From Candidatus Omnitrophota bacterium (GTDB lineage Bacteria; Omnitrophota; Omnitrophia; Omnitrophales; Aquincolibacteriaceae), in assembly GCA_043732705.1 (NCBI GenBank), contig JAYTHE010000025.1, forward strand, positions 315-64,314: DNA of 64,000 bases. The letters run 5' to 3'. The position numbers were made by a program, and so were the translations under genes. Under the pieces are notes generated by a model, which saw only the letters and a list, made by a program, of their open reading frames with translations, had not been told where the DNA came from and did not search any database. This document shows positions 1-8,326 of the stretch, one piece after another. How positions within the stretch are numbered: the stretch's first letter is position 1; each line of letters begins with the position of its first letter.

Positions 1-1238
1 CCTGTGAACAATTCATCTTTTGGATCTTTGCCCGCCAGCTGCGCAAGCTGAGCTTCACTGCGGTGAATGACAGGAATAACGGGCAGGCTAAATTTTTTGG
101 CAAATTCAAAATCCCGCTCATCATGCGCAGGCACAGCCATAATCGCGCCGGTGCCATAACTGGCGAGAACATAATCCGCGATCCAAATCGGAACCGGCTT
201 TTTATTAACCGGGTTGACCGCATAAGCACCCGTAAAAACTCCGGTTTTAGTTTTGGCTAAATCTGTTCTTTCAAGATCGGATTTATGCTGCGCTTGAGTT
301 TGATACTCCGTCACGGCCGATTTTTTAGAACCTGTTGCAATTTTTGAAACAAGCGCATGTTCCGGCGATAAGACTAAATAAGTCGCGCCGAAAAGCGTGT
401 CGGGGCGGGTTGTGTAAACTTTGACAGCCAGATCATTTTGGCTGTCATTCCCGCGAAAGCGAGAATCTAGTCCTGGATCCCCGCCTTCGCGGGGATGACC
501 TTCTCCTTCAATTTGAAAGGTCACCTCAGCGCCGGTTGATTTCCCGATCCAATTACGCTGCATTTCCTTAATGGATTCGGGCCAATCCAACAACTCCAAA
601 TCTTCCAAAAGCCGGTCCGCATAAGCCGTGATTTTCAAAACCCATTGCCGCATCGGCTTGCGAATTACAGGGTGATTACCGCGTTCACTTTTCCCGTCGA
701 TGACTTCTTCATTCGCGAGAACGGTTCCGAGTGCCGGACACCAATTAACAGCAATCGAAGCTTCATAAGCCAAGCCTCTTTCATAAAGTTTCATAAAAAT
801 CCACTGGGTCCATTTGAAATAACCGGGATCTGTCGTATTCACTTCGCGATCCCAGTCATAACTGAAACCGATGCGTTGGATTTGGCGGCGAAAAGTATTA
901 ATATTTTTTTCGGTGGTTGCGCGCGGATGCGTTCCGGTTTCAATTGCGTATTGTTCGGCCGGCAAACCGAATGCGTCCCAACCGATCGGATGCATGACAT
1001 TGAAACCGCGCATACGTTTGTAACGCGCGAGAATATCAGTGGCGGTGTAGCCTTCTAAATGACCGACATGCAAACCCGACCCCGAAGGATAAGGAAACAT
1101 ATCAAGAATATAGTATTTAGGTTTGCTAGCGTTTTCACCGGTGGGATCAGGTGTGCGAAAAGTTTTATTTTTAACCCAATAGTCCTGCCATTTGGGTTCG
1201 ATTTCGGGGAATGGATATTGCTTAAAGCCGGATGCCAT
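1..1238 (-). CDS. leuS: Leucine--tRNA ligase, N-terminal part (runs off the window edge)
   Basis: Manual translation from ATG at 1238: [18 protein letters not shown]...[18 protein letters not shown] (HIGH motif)...[10 protein letters not shown]...[14 protein letters not shown]. Not in the ORF track because its stop lies outside the window. Confidence 0.97.
   Translation of the reverse strand, partial: MASGFKQYPFPEIEPKWQDYWVKNKTFRTPDPTGENASKPKYYILDMFPYPSGSGLHVGHLEGYTATDILARYKRMRGFNVMHPIGWDAFGLPAEQYAIETGTHPRATTEKNINTFRRQIQRIGFSYDWDREVNTTDPGYFKWTQWIFMKLYERGLAYEASIAVNWCPALGTVLANEEVIDGKSERGNHPVIRKPMRQWVLKITAYADRLLEDLELLDWPESIKEMQRNWIGKSTGAEVTFQIEGEGHPREGGDPGLDSRFRGNDSQNDLAVKVYTTRPDTLFGATYLVLSPEHALVSKIATGSKKSAVTEYQTQAQHKSDLERTDLAKTKTGVFTGAYAVNPVNKKPVPIWIADYVLASYGTGAIMAVPAHDERDFEFAKKFSLPVIPVIHRSEAQLAQLAGKDPKDELFT
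444..499. repeat. Palindromic repeat family C (GTCATTCCCGCGnAnGCGGGAATC...GGATCCCCGCC..CGCGGGGATGAC), in-frame inside leuS
   Basis: Same element at 21906-21963, 45652-45727 and about 47800-47864; the leuS frame is identical on both sides. Confidence 0.9.
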
Positions 1239-1244
1239 AAAACT

Positions 1245-1270
1245 AGACCGGAGACCGGAGACCGGAGACT
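1245..1270. repeat. Heptamer tandem repeat (AGACCGG)x3 upstream of the leuS start
   Basis: agaccgg agaccgg agaccgg aga, read directly. Confidence 0.8.
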
Positions 1271-1358
1271 ATAGACTGAAGACAAAAAACCATAAATTAC
1301 TTTTTGTTTAAGCTGCGAAAAATTTTGCGCAAATCACTTCAACACCCATAATTTCAAA

Positions 1359-1484
1359 TGATTTTTATCAAAAGGTGTTAGATGCTAGGCGAAAATGAGC
1401 GCCCGCGGAGGCGTAGTGGAAACCTACGCCGCACAAGGAAGCGAAATTTTCAACGACGCAGATGACGCCTTTTCATAAAAATCA
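1359..1484. repeat. Structured repeat family B, copy 1
   Basis: Core CCGCGGAGGCGTAG-N-CTACGCCGCACAAG inside terminal inverted arms; four copies in the window. Confidence 0.88.
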
Positions 1485-1488
1485 AGAA

Positions 1489-1573
1489 TGCGAGAGGGGG
1501 GGGTCGAACCCCCACGCCTTTAGAGGGCGCTGGATTTTGAGTCCAGTGCGTCTGCCAGTTCCGCCACTCTCGC
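1489..1573 (-). tRNA. tRNA-Leu(CAA), CCA not encoded
   Basis: GCGAGAG acceptor stem, CTGGA-CT-CAA-AA-TCCAG anticodon arm, long variable arm, GTTCGAC T-loop. Confidence 0.95.
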
Positions 1574-1666
1574 AAGAAAAAATATTGTTACGCTACTCTA
1601 TTAAAGAGAGTTGGCGCCCTTCGTTCATGTGCGCTAGTCGCGCCATTCACTGCGGGCCGGCCACTC

Positions 1667-1789
1667 ATTTTTTTTCAAAAAGTGCTGGATGCAAGGCGAA
1701 TGCAAACGACCGCGGAGGCGTAGTGAAACCTACGCCGCACAAGGAAGTGCAGTATTCAACGATGCAGACGGCGACTTTTCAAAAAAAAT
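1667..1789. repeat. Structured repeat family B, copy 2
   Basis: Same core and arms as copy 1; lies between the two tRNAs. Confidence 0.88.
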
Positions 1790-1790
1790 T

Positions 1791-1866
1791 TGGTGGACCT
1801 GAGGAGAGTTGAACTCCTTACCCTCTGCATGCCATGCAGATGCTCTACCAAATGAGCTACAGGCCC
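1791..1866 (-). tRNA. tRNA-Ala(GGC)
   Basis: GGGCCTG/CAGGTCC acceptor stem with G3:U70, TCTGC-AT-GGC-AT-GCAGA anticodon arm, encoded CCA. Confidence 0.96.
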
Positions 1867-1946
1867 AAGAAAGTGAATTGTGAATCGTGATTAGTGATTC
1901 GCATCAACTTTTTCTTATATATCAAACTGCTTTATCCCATTCGCGT

Positions 1947-1979
1947 GTCGAGTTGACTTTGTCAACTGCACGCCAAAAA
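1947..1979. repeat. Mini-hairpin family D (GTCGAG-variable stem-CTGC-N-AAAA)
   Basis: GTCGAG TTGAC TTT GTCAA CTGC; further copies at 10710, 12268 and 12938. Confidence 0.7.
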
Positions 1980-2129
1980 CAACTGTGCACCTGCTATCGC
2001 AGGATGCGGGCAAATGAGCTACAGGCCCGAAAAATATTTAAAAGATCAGCCGGTGCAAGAGTGCAGCCGGAGACGAGGAGTCTAGTTGAAAAAATGATTT
2101 TTTCAAGAAGAACCCGATTTTCGAAAAGG

Positions 2130-2510
2130 TCACTCTTTAGCGAAAAGAGTATCAGGTTTAATGATGGCCCCTTCCTGATCCCCCGGTACAAAGCCGGTCA
2201 CTAAATCCCAAATACCCGCAGTACCGCGCATCAATGTCCGAACAATTCCATCCGTAAAACCCGCGACTTCGCGAATACCGGGCTGGCTTTTGTCTTCTTT
2301 GTGATACTTCATCACGGTGACCGGAATTTCTAATGGGCAAGTCACTAAGTTTGTAAGCCCACGCCCCCAATCATGCGCCAGATTTTTAAAATAGCCAGGC
2401 TGAGTGCGCGTATTGGTTCCAAACCTCGCATCATACTCTGCCTCCAAGGCAAAAGCCGGGAGTTGGGAGAAAATGAGTCCGATAAAAAACAGAGTTGCAA
2501 CTTTTTTCAT
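2130..2510 (-). CDS. Exported or membrane protein resembling the exosortase-system-associated family (TIGR04073-like)
   Basis: Signal peptide MKKVATLFF..AFA; motif GRGLTNLVTCPLEIP and a downstream G-x-W-D-L-V-T helix. Confidence 0.65.
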   Translation of the reverse strand: MKKVATLFFIGLIFSQLPAFALEAEYDARFGTNTRTQPGYFKNLAHDWGRGLTNLVTCPLEIPVTVMKYHKEDKSQPGIREVAGFTDGIVRTLMRGTAGIWDLVTGFVPGDQEGAIIKPDTLFAKE

Positions 2511-2627
2511 ATATTTTTCCTCATAATTTTTGACCAGGAATTGTATCAATCTTTAACCAAGACGACTACACCTAGATAAGTTTGAATAACTAAACCTGTT
2601 TTCTTTAAACCGGCCTAAATTCCTTAT

Positions 2628-2654
2628 TAAAGTTTTAAGTGGGTCCGCCGAAAC
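2628..2654 (+). promoter_or_regulatory. Sigma28/FliA-type promoter candidate
   Basis: TAAAGTTT-N11-GCCGAAAC compared with the consensus TAAAGTTT-N11-GCCGATAA. Confidence 0.5.
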
Positions 2655-2722
2655 CTGTTATTACCTCGGAACCTTTCGGTTTCAAGTCAATATGCTGAGT
2701 CAAAATCAGCTAAGGAGCGACT

Positions 2723-2914
2723 GTGAAAGCAAATTATCAGTGTCAATCATGCAGCTACTCGGGCGACGAGGCCCATTTTGACACTAAAATTCTTTCTATC
2801 ATGTATCGCCCTAAGCATGACAATGTTCAGGCTTTTAAACAGATCAAATGTCCGCAATGCCATAATCTCGTGACCATTATCTTCGAAACACTTGACGGCA
2901 GCATCGCTAAGTAA
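2723..2914 (+). CDS. Small zinc-ribbon protein
   Basis: AAGGAG RBS before a GTG start; CQSC and CPQC pairs. Confidence 0.7.
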   Translation: MKANYQCQSCSYSGDEAHFDTKILSIMYRPKHDNVQAFKQIKCPQCHNLVTIIFETLDGSIAK

Positions 2915-2965
2915 TTTTTTGCTCTGAGCGCTTCGCGCACAACCGCCCAGCATCGCACCCAGCTT

Positions 2966-3748
2966 TTAAAACCTAAATTTTTCTTTTTCGAAAACTTTTC
3001 GCAAAGAATCAAGCTGGTTATAATCCGTCTGATCAATTGAAAGCGGCGTTAAAGCTGCCCAGCCTGAACGCATCAGTTCTTCATCGCTTGTTCCGTCAGG
3101 AGCAAGCAAGTGAATGCCGCCAGCGAGTTGATAGAGGCGGGTTTTACTCTCTTTTTCCAACTGACTAGGCTCAAAATGCAAAAACTCTTCGACGAAGCGC
3201 GAGTAGGCTTGTTTCGCCAATTTAAAACCTTTGATTTCGTTCAACGGAAGCGGTGGCACAGAAACGTTCAACAGTAACGGAACGATCCCTTCCCTTTTCC
3301 CAAAGTAATTCAACAATTTCGCTGTCAATTCCGTAGCAGGCTCGAAATCCTCAAATGTCTTACTGCAAAGCGATACGGCGAGCGACGGAATGCCATTAAT
3401 AACGCCTTCCCGCGCGGCGGCCACGGTTCCTGAATAATAAACGCTAATTCCGGTATTCGCTCCGCGGTTCACACCTGAAACAATCCAATCCGGTTTGAAC
3501 CCCGATTCGGTAACCGCCCATTTCACACAATCCGCAGGTGTTCCTTCAACTTCATAAATGGCTAAATTTTTCTGAATTTTTTCTTCACGCACTAAAATAC
3601 GCTCATGAATCGTCACGGAATGGCTTGTCGCGGAACGTTCCCGATGCGGCCCCGCCACTAGAATTTCATGATCCCGGCTCAGCCGCGCCACCAACTTTGT
3701 AAGTCCGGGCGCAAAAAGCCCATCATCGTTTGTAATGATAATTTTCAC
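2966..3748 (-). CDS. surE: 5'/3'-nucleotidase SurE
   Basis: TNDDG, GTPADCV, SGVNRGAN and YSGTVAAA motifs. Confidence 0.96.
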   Translation of the reverse strand: MKIIITNDDGLFAPGLTKLVARLSRDHEILVAGPHRERSATSHSVTIHERILVREEKIQKNLAIYEVEGTPADCVKWAVTESGFKPDWIVSGVNRGANTGISVYYSGTVAAAREGVINGIPSLAVSLCSKTFEDFEPATELTAKLLNYFGKREGIVPLLLNVSVPPLPLNEIKGFKLAKQAYSRFVEEFLHFEPSQLEKESKTRLYQLAGGIHLLAPDGTSDEELMRSGWAALTPLSIDQTDYNQLDSLRKVFEKEKFRF

Positions 3749-4509
3749 GATATTTCTCCGAAATGAATAAGACGGATACTATGTTTTTCCAGCAGTTTTT
3801 TCAAGTATGGTAAAGAAAAAAGTGCATGTTCTTTTTCGCGTGGGACCGTCATAGAAGTTAAACCCTGCAACTCTTCATCCCAAATTCCGGGATGGCACAT
3901 CACCTCAGCCCTTCCGGGTAAAAGAGCGGCCAAGTTTTTTTCTAGCTTTTCGGCAGTCCAATAAGCATGCGCGTCCAAGTTGCCTAAAAGGGTCTGCGTT
4001 GTCACGAGTCCGGGATACTTTTTAAAAAAATCGGGCTCACGCATAAGGGCAGATCTTCGTATCGGAAGTTTTCTTTCGCGGGCAACATGCAAGATTGCCT
4101 GAAAAAAAACGGGCTCATCATGCATTTGATGATGTGTGTCCAGGTGTGTCGGCGTCCGTCCAAAATATTTCTCAAAAAGCGCGATTTGCCTGCCGTACTC
4201 CCGGACGAGATCGGAAAGCATCGGAGGCGATTTTAAATAATCTTTTTTCTTTTTAAAAAGCCGCGAATCATCAACCAGCGAAACAATATCACCGGGACTT
4301 GATACCGGAATACCCGATGTGACGTTCAAATGTAATCCTACGCCCAAACCGCTTTTTGCCACGCGTGAAACCATTTCCAAATCAGTCGGACGATTTACCA
4401 TCCAAGTCGTACTGCTGACAATTCCTGTTTCATGACATTCTAAAATAGCCCGAGTAACGCCGTTGGTTAAATTGCAATCATCCGCATTGACGATCAGTTC
4501 ACGCAGCAT
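3745..4509 (-). CDS. ChbG/YdjC family carbohydrate deacetylase
   Basis: LIVNADD, GLHLN, THLDTHH and EVMCHPG motifs; ATG at 4509 preferred over the track start. Confidence 0.92.
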   Translation of the reverse strand: MLRELIVNADDCNLTNGVTRAILECHETGIVSSTTWMVNRPTDLEMVSRVAKSGLGVGLHLNVTSGIPVSSPGDIVSLVDDSRLFKKKKDYLKSPPMLSDLVREYGRQIALFEKYFGRTPTHLDTHHQMHDEPVFFQAILHVARERKLPIRRSALMREPDFFKKYPGLVTTQTLLGNLDAHAYWTAEKLEKNLAALLPGRAEVMCHPGIWDEELQGLTSMTVPREKEHALFSLPYLKKLLEKHSIRLIHFGEIS

Positions 4510-4948
4510 TTTTTGCACCGGACGCCATCCCACGGGGAGGTGTTAGCTTTCTAACGCTTCCCCGTGGGACGGTGTCCGTTAAAGCAACCCAGGCGATTGC
4601 TTGTTTGCGTTCATGCGCGAGCGAAAGCAATAATGTTTGATTTCGTTTGATCCCTAATTCGCGGTTCAAATTTGGAGATAAAAGCAAGCAAGGCTTTCCG
4701 CTGCTCTTTTTTTTAATTTGAATTTGAAGCATTCGCTTGGCCCATTGCTTTGCGGGAATTCGAAAAAGGGCAAGACAAGCCTGCTTTGCGGCAATACGCG
4801 CGGCAGCCGGTTCGGCAAAATGGCGTTTTGATTTACAGTAACGAATTTCACCGGCGTTTAAAAAACGGGCAAGAAAATCGGGATGGGTTTCGGTCTTCTT
4901 TTTAACGGTAGAAACTGAAATTTGTACAATTTTCTGGCGCAAAATCAC
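4499..4948 (-). CDS. AcpS-like 4'-phosphopantetheinyl transferase (divergent), with a repeat-derived C-terminal tail
   Basis: FLARFLNAGEIRYC, AARIAAKQA, GKP and LSLAHE; the canonical GxD and KEA residues are altered. Confidence 0.7.
   Translation of the reverse strand: MILRQKIVQISVSTVKKKTETHPDFLARFLNAGEIRYCKSKRHFAEPAAARIAAKQACLALFRIPAKQWAKRMLQIQIKKKSSGKPCLLLSPNLNRELGIKRNQTLLLSLAHERKQAIAWVALTDTVPRGSVRKLTPPRGMASGAKNAA
4520..4577. repeat. Inverted repeat GGACGCCATCCCACGGGGA...TCCCCGTGGGACGGTGTCC in the acpS-like 3' end
   Basis: Near-perfect arms with an inner GTTAG/CTAAC stem. Confidence 0.8.
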
Positions 4949-4958
4949 AAAGCAAGTT

Positions 4959-5270
4959 TTAAAGCGGGCTCAAATAACCACGCGTCAGCCAATACACTAA
5001 CCCTGCCGCGATCAAAATACCAATGATATAGAAATTATTAAATTTCCAAAAATCTCGCAACCGGCCCCAAACCGTATTTTGTTTGACGGGATTTTCACGG
5101 TTGGCAAAAACAGTTTCTTTGAGATGCAGAACGTCTTCTTTGCGAAAACGCAAATATTGTCCGCTAATTTTATAGGCCTGGAGCTTCCCGTTTTTGACGA
5201 ACGCATCCAAATCTTCGGAACTGATGCGTAAAAACTGGCGTGTCTCCTCAGGAGAAAGAAGGTTGTTCAT
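4959..5270 (-). CDS. Excisionase/MerR-type (HTH_17) helix-turn-helix protein with a C-terminal transmembrane helix
   Basis: LLSPEETRQFLRIS...VKNGKLQAYKISGQYLRFRKEDV; hydrophobic FYIIGILIAAGLVYWL. Confidence 0.85.
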   Translation of the reverse strand: MNNLLSPEETRQFLRISSEDLDAFVKNGKLQAYKISGQYLRFRKEDVLHLKETVFANRENPVKQNTVWGRLRDFWKFNNFYIIGILIAAGLVYWLTRGYLSPL

Positions 5271-5334
5271 ACTTTTATACTTTTGTTCTGCACCGAAAAG
5301 CAACAACGCTTGCGATCAACCTGTAACTCCAAAA

Positions 5335-5847
5335 TTAAGCTTTTTGCTTTTGAAGCCAGCCATCTACTGCTGTTTTGGAAAAAACTGTGTTACCATTTTC
5401 GCGGCGCACAGGAATTTGATTGTTCTTAACAAGATCTTCCACAACGCGCGATTCAAGATCAAGATATTGTGCAACATCCCGTAAAGTCAGAGAAACATCT
5501 TGTCCTGAAATTGCGGAGGCTTTCATGGTCACATGTCCCTCAATCACGGCGCCTTCCCCGACCGAAAGACGCGGGGTCACAATGTCGCCTTCAATGGAAG
5601 CGGGAGAAACAACAGAGAGACTTTGCAAAGCGGTTATATTTCCGACAACCTTTCCGGCAATAATAATATTATCACCATGAATACTGGCGCGAACCTTCGC
5701 GTTTTCACCGATAGTCAGTGTGCCGCGAGTATCAAGTTTACCTTCAAAAGTACCATTGATGCGTAAATTGACAGGATCTTTAAATGTGATCGTGCCTTGC
5801 ATGCTTGCGTCGACATCGAGAATTTTTTCTTCGATTTTTTTTGCCAT
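5335..5847 (-). CDS. Bactofilin (CcmA family) fused to a C-terminal HTH_17 domain
   Basis: LRINGTFEGKL..LTIGENAKVRASI..IAGKVVGNI..IEGDI..GAVIEG beta-helix; LTLRDVAQYL...IPVRR...FSKTAVDGWL. Confidence 0.9.
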   Translation of the reverse strand: MAKKIEEKILDVDASMQGTITFKDPVNLRINGTFEGKLDTRGTLTIGENAKVRASIHGDNIIIAGKVVGNITALQSLSVVSPASIEGDIVTPRLSVGEGAVIEGHVTMKASAISGQDVSLTLRDVAQYLDLESRVVEDLVKNNQIPVRRENGNTVFSKTAVDGWLQKQKA

Positions 5848-5979
5848 GAATTTTTTCCCCTCACTTTAAGAAACCCTGCGAATCCGTCCCTACTAATGGA
5901 TAGCGGATTATACTCGGGGACCATGACCTCGGACAAGAAATGCTTGAATCTTTTTCCGACCCTCGCTATGCTTCCCACC

Positions 5980-6609
5980 ATGATTGAGATATTGAAAGAA
6001 TTTTTCTCGCAGCTTCACCACCTCCCCGAGCTGATCCGTTGGGGCGGATATACCGTCTTATTCGTGATCATCTTCGCGGAAACAGGCCTTCTAGCGGGCT
6101 TTTTCCTGCCCGGCGACTCATTGCTCGTAACCGCCGGACTTGTTTGCGCCTTGGACGGGCAAATGAAAATCGAAATTCTCTTGGCATTGCTATCCGCAGC
6201 GGCAATTCTTGGCGACAGCACAGGTTACGCGATTGGAAGGTTTCTCGGGCCCCGACTTTTTAGCAAACCCAACTCCTTTTTCTTCCGCAAAAGCCATCTT
6301 GAAAAAACGCATGCTTTTTATGAGAAGCATGGCCCCAAGACAATCATTCTCGCCCGTTTCGTCCCAATTATCCGTACTTTTGCTCCGACAGTAGCGGGTG
6401 TGGGCGGAATGAGCTACGGAAAGTTCCTGACCTATAACGTTTTGGGTGGAATTTTGTGGGTTATCAGCATGACTTCCATCGGTTATTTTCTCGCCCGCAC
6501 CATCCCCGGCATTGAAAAAAAGATCCACTATGTTATTTTGATCGTGATCTTTCTTTCAATCCTCCCGATTGTGAAAGAAGTTTGGTCCGCTCGCAAAAAG
6601 AAAAGTTAG
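5980..6609 (+). CDS. DedA/VTT-domain membrane protein
   Basis: FAETGLLAGFFLPGDSLL and LARFVPIIRTFAP; ATG at 5980 preferred over the track start. Confidence 0.95.
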   Translation: MIEILKEFFSQLHHLPELIRWGGYTVLFVIIFAETGLLAGFFLPGDSLLVTAGLVCALDGQMKIEILLALLSAAAILGDSTGYAIGRFLGPRLFSKPNSFFFRKSHLEKTHAFYEKHGPKTIILARFVPIIRTFAPTVAGVGGMSYGKFLTYNVLGGILWVISMTSIGYFLARTIPGIEKKIHYVILIVIFLSILPIVKEVWSARKKKS

Positions 6610-6684
6610 TTTTCTTTTCCGCCCAAGTTATTCCCTAAAACTTTATTTAAGAGTAGAATTAAACCTCGTCTAAACGGAGGTCTT

Positions 6685-7239
6685 ATGAATAAAATATTTT
6701 TTTCTTTTCTGCTTTGTTTGATCCTTTTTGTTTCCGGCTGCGCGCACAAAAAAACAATTATTCTTCCGGAGGAAGACGCTGTCTTTAGCTGGGTTCAATC
6801 TACACAACCCGATTCAGCCATGACAGGCAAAGCCACTCTTTGGCGCCTGGACAATGCGGTCAAAATTCGCGTGGTCGTTACCGGCGCAACCCCCGGCTTG
6901 CATGGAATCCATATCCATGAAATCGGTGATTGTAGTGATCATGGCAATGCCGCGGGCAGTCATTTTAACCCCGACAAAGTTCAACATGGCAATGTTATCA
7001 AGGATGGAATGAAACACGCCCATCCGGGTGATCTTGGAAACATTAAAGTGGATTCCACCGGCATGGGCTCAATTGAAGTGATTGTCCCGGGCTTAACTTT
7101 GGATAAAGGCCCTTACGGAATTGCGAATCGCTCGATTGTCATTCATGAAAAGGTGGATGATTTTGGCCAGCCTACCGGTAATGCCGGCGGACGCGTTGCC
7201 TGTGCGGTGATTCCCAATCCCTTAAAGTGTGACTGCTAA
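6685..7239 (+). CDS. sodC: Cu/Zn superoxide dismutase, lipoprotein
   Basis: Lipobox VSGC; HGIHIHE, GSHFNP, HPGDLGNI and GNAGGRVAC. Confidence 0.93.
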   Translation: MNKIFFSFLLCLILFVSGCAHKKTIILPEEDAVFSWVQSTQPDSAMTGKATLWRLDNAVKIRVVVTGATPGLHGIHIHEIGDCSDHGNAAGSHFNPDKVQHGNVIKDGMKHAHPGDLGNIKVDSTGMGSIEVIVPGLTLDKGPYGIANRSIVIHEKVDDFGQPTGNAGGRVACAVIPNPLKCDC

Positions 7240-7249
7240 CTTTTAGAGG

Positions 7250-8227
7250 CTATTCAAAAGTAGCGGCGGCCTTTCGCAGTCGATCCATGATCGCAAGCCC
7301 TACCCCGCTCTCCGGCACAGGCTCAGAAAAAATAATTTTCGCTTTACTTTTGTCCAACCGATGCAGCGCTGAAAAAAAATTCGTGGCGGCCTCTTTCAAA
7401 TCTCCTTTTTCGGACAAGACTTCAACCGCTATTGCTGCAATCGGCGGTTGCGCCTTCAATGCAGAGCCTGAAAATAATAGTAGTCCAGCTTCCGACAGTT
7501 CCGGATGGCGCCGCATTTCTTCGATCGATAATATTCTTAATGGCTTGCGCGGTGAATAATGTTGTTTTAACTGTCCCGGAGACATGAGCTTTGCGTCGGA
7601 AGTTTGTTTTTCAACCGGGCCGATAATTTTTTCAAGGTCGTCCACAGAAATTCCGCCCGGTCGTAAAAGCTTTGGTTTATTACCTGAAAGATCAATAATG
7701 GTCGACTCCACTCCCGTCAAACAAGGGCCGCCATCCAAAATAAAATCGATTTTTTCGCCTAGCTGCTCGGAAACATGCTGTGCTGTCGTCGGGCTCAAGT
7801 AGCCAAAAGGATTCGCGCTGGGCGCAGCAATCGGAGTTTTCGCCGCACGAATCAAATCGAGCGCCGCATGATGGTTTGGCATTCTGACCGCGATTGTTTC
7901 TAACCCTGAAACAACAAGATCCGGAATACCCGGCTTTTTCTTTAAAACCAAAGTCAAAGGTCCCGGCCAAAAAGCGCGCGCTAAATCCCGGGCAGCTTGA
8001 GTGACATGCGCAAGCTTTTCAAGTTCATCATCATCGGCGATATGCACAATCAGCGGATCAAAATGCGGGCGGTTTTTAATTTCAAAAATTTTGGCTACAG
8101 CAATATCATTGAATGCATCGGCACCCAAACCATAAACTGTTTCTGTCGGAAATGCCACAACACCGCCATCGCGTATGACGGTCGCGGCCATATGAATCGT
8201 TGTCGAATTGATAAAATGAATCGTCAT
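7250..8227 (-). CDS. sua5: L-threonylcarbamoyladenylate synthase (Sua5/TsaC2)
   Basis: VAFPTETVYGLGA, APSAN, LLRPGG, PGQLKQHYSP and a C-terminal SUA5 domain. Confidence 0.95.
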   Translation of the reverse strand: MTIHFINSTTIHMAATVIRDGGVVAFPTETVYGLGADAFNDIAVAKIFEIKNRPHFDPLIVHIADDDELEKLAHVTQAARDLARAFWPGPLTLVLKKKPGIPDLVVSGLETIAVRMPNHHAALDLIRAAKTPIAAPSANPFGYLSPTTAQHVSEQLGEKIDFILDGGPCLTGVESTIIDLSGNKPKLLRPGGISVDDLEKIIGPVEKQTSDAKLMSPGQLKQHYSPRKPLRILSIEEMRRHPELSEAGLLLFSGSALKAQPPIAAIAVEVLSEKGDLKEAATNFFSALHRLDKSKAKIIFSEPVPESGVGLAIMDRLRKAAATFE

Positions 8228-8326
8228 CGTGAGACAAATTTTGATGCCAAAGCGGATCGTTAGCAATCAAATTCTTAAATTAAAACAGGGTGTTTACAAT
8301 CAAGCATACTTACTCTATAAATACTC

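Noticed and set aside
63-1285. Short track ORFs at 63, 645, 1055 and 1059
   Set aside because: Shadows of leuS, which runs on the minus strand off the window edge
1966-1975. TGGCGTGCAG (minus strand) resembling the tRNA-Ala anticodon arm within the ghost copy
   Set aside because: It coincides with the fixed flank of a family D hairpin, so the match may be coincidental
1462-2204. ORFs of 116, 105 and 65 aa
   Set aside because: They overlap tRNAs and repeats and have no protein-like features
5797-5979. N-terminal extension of DedA in the ORF track
   Set aside because: Overlaps the divergent bactofilin gene; family similarity starts at ATG 5980
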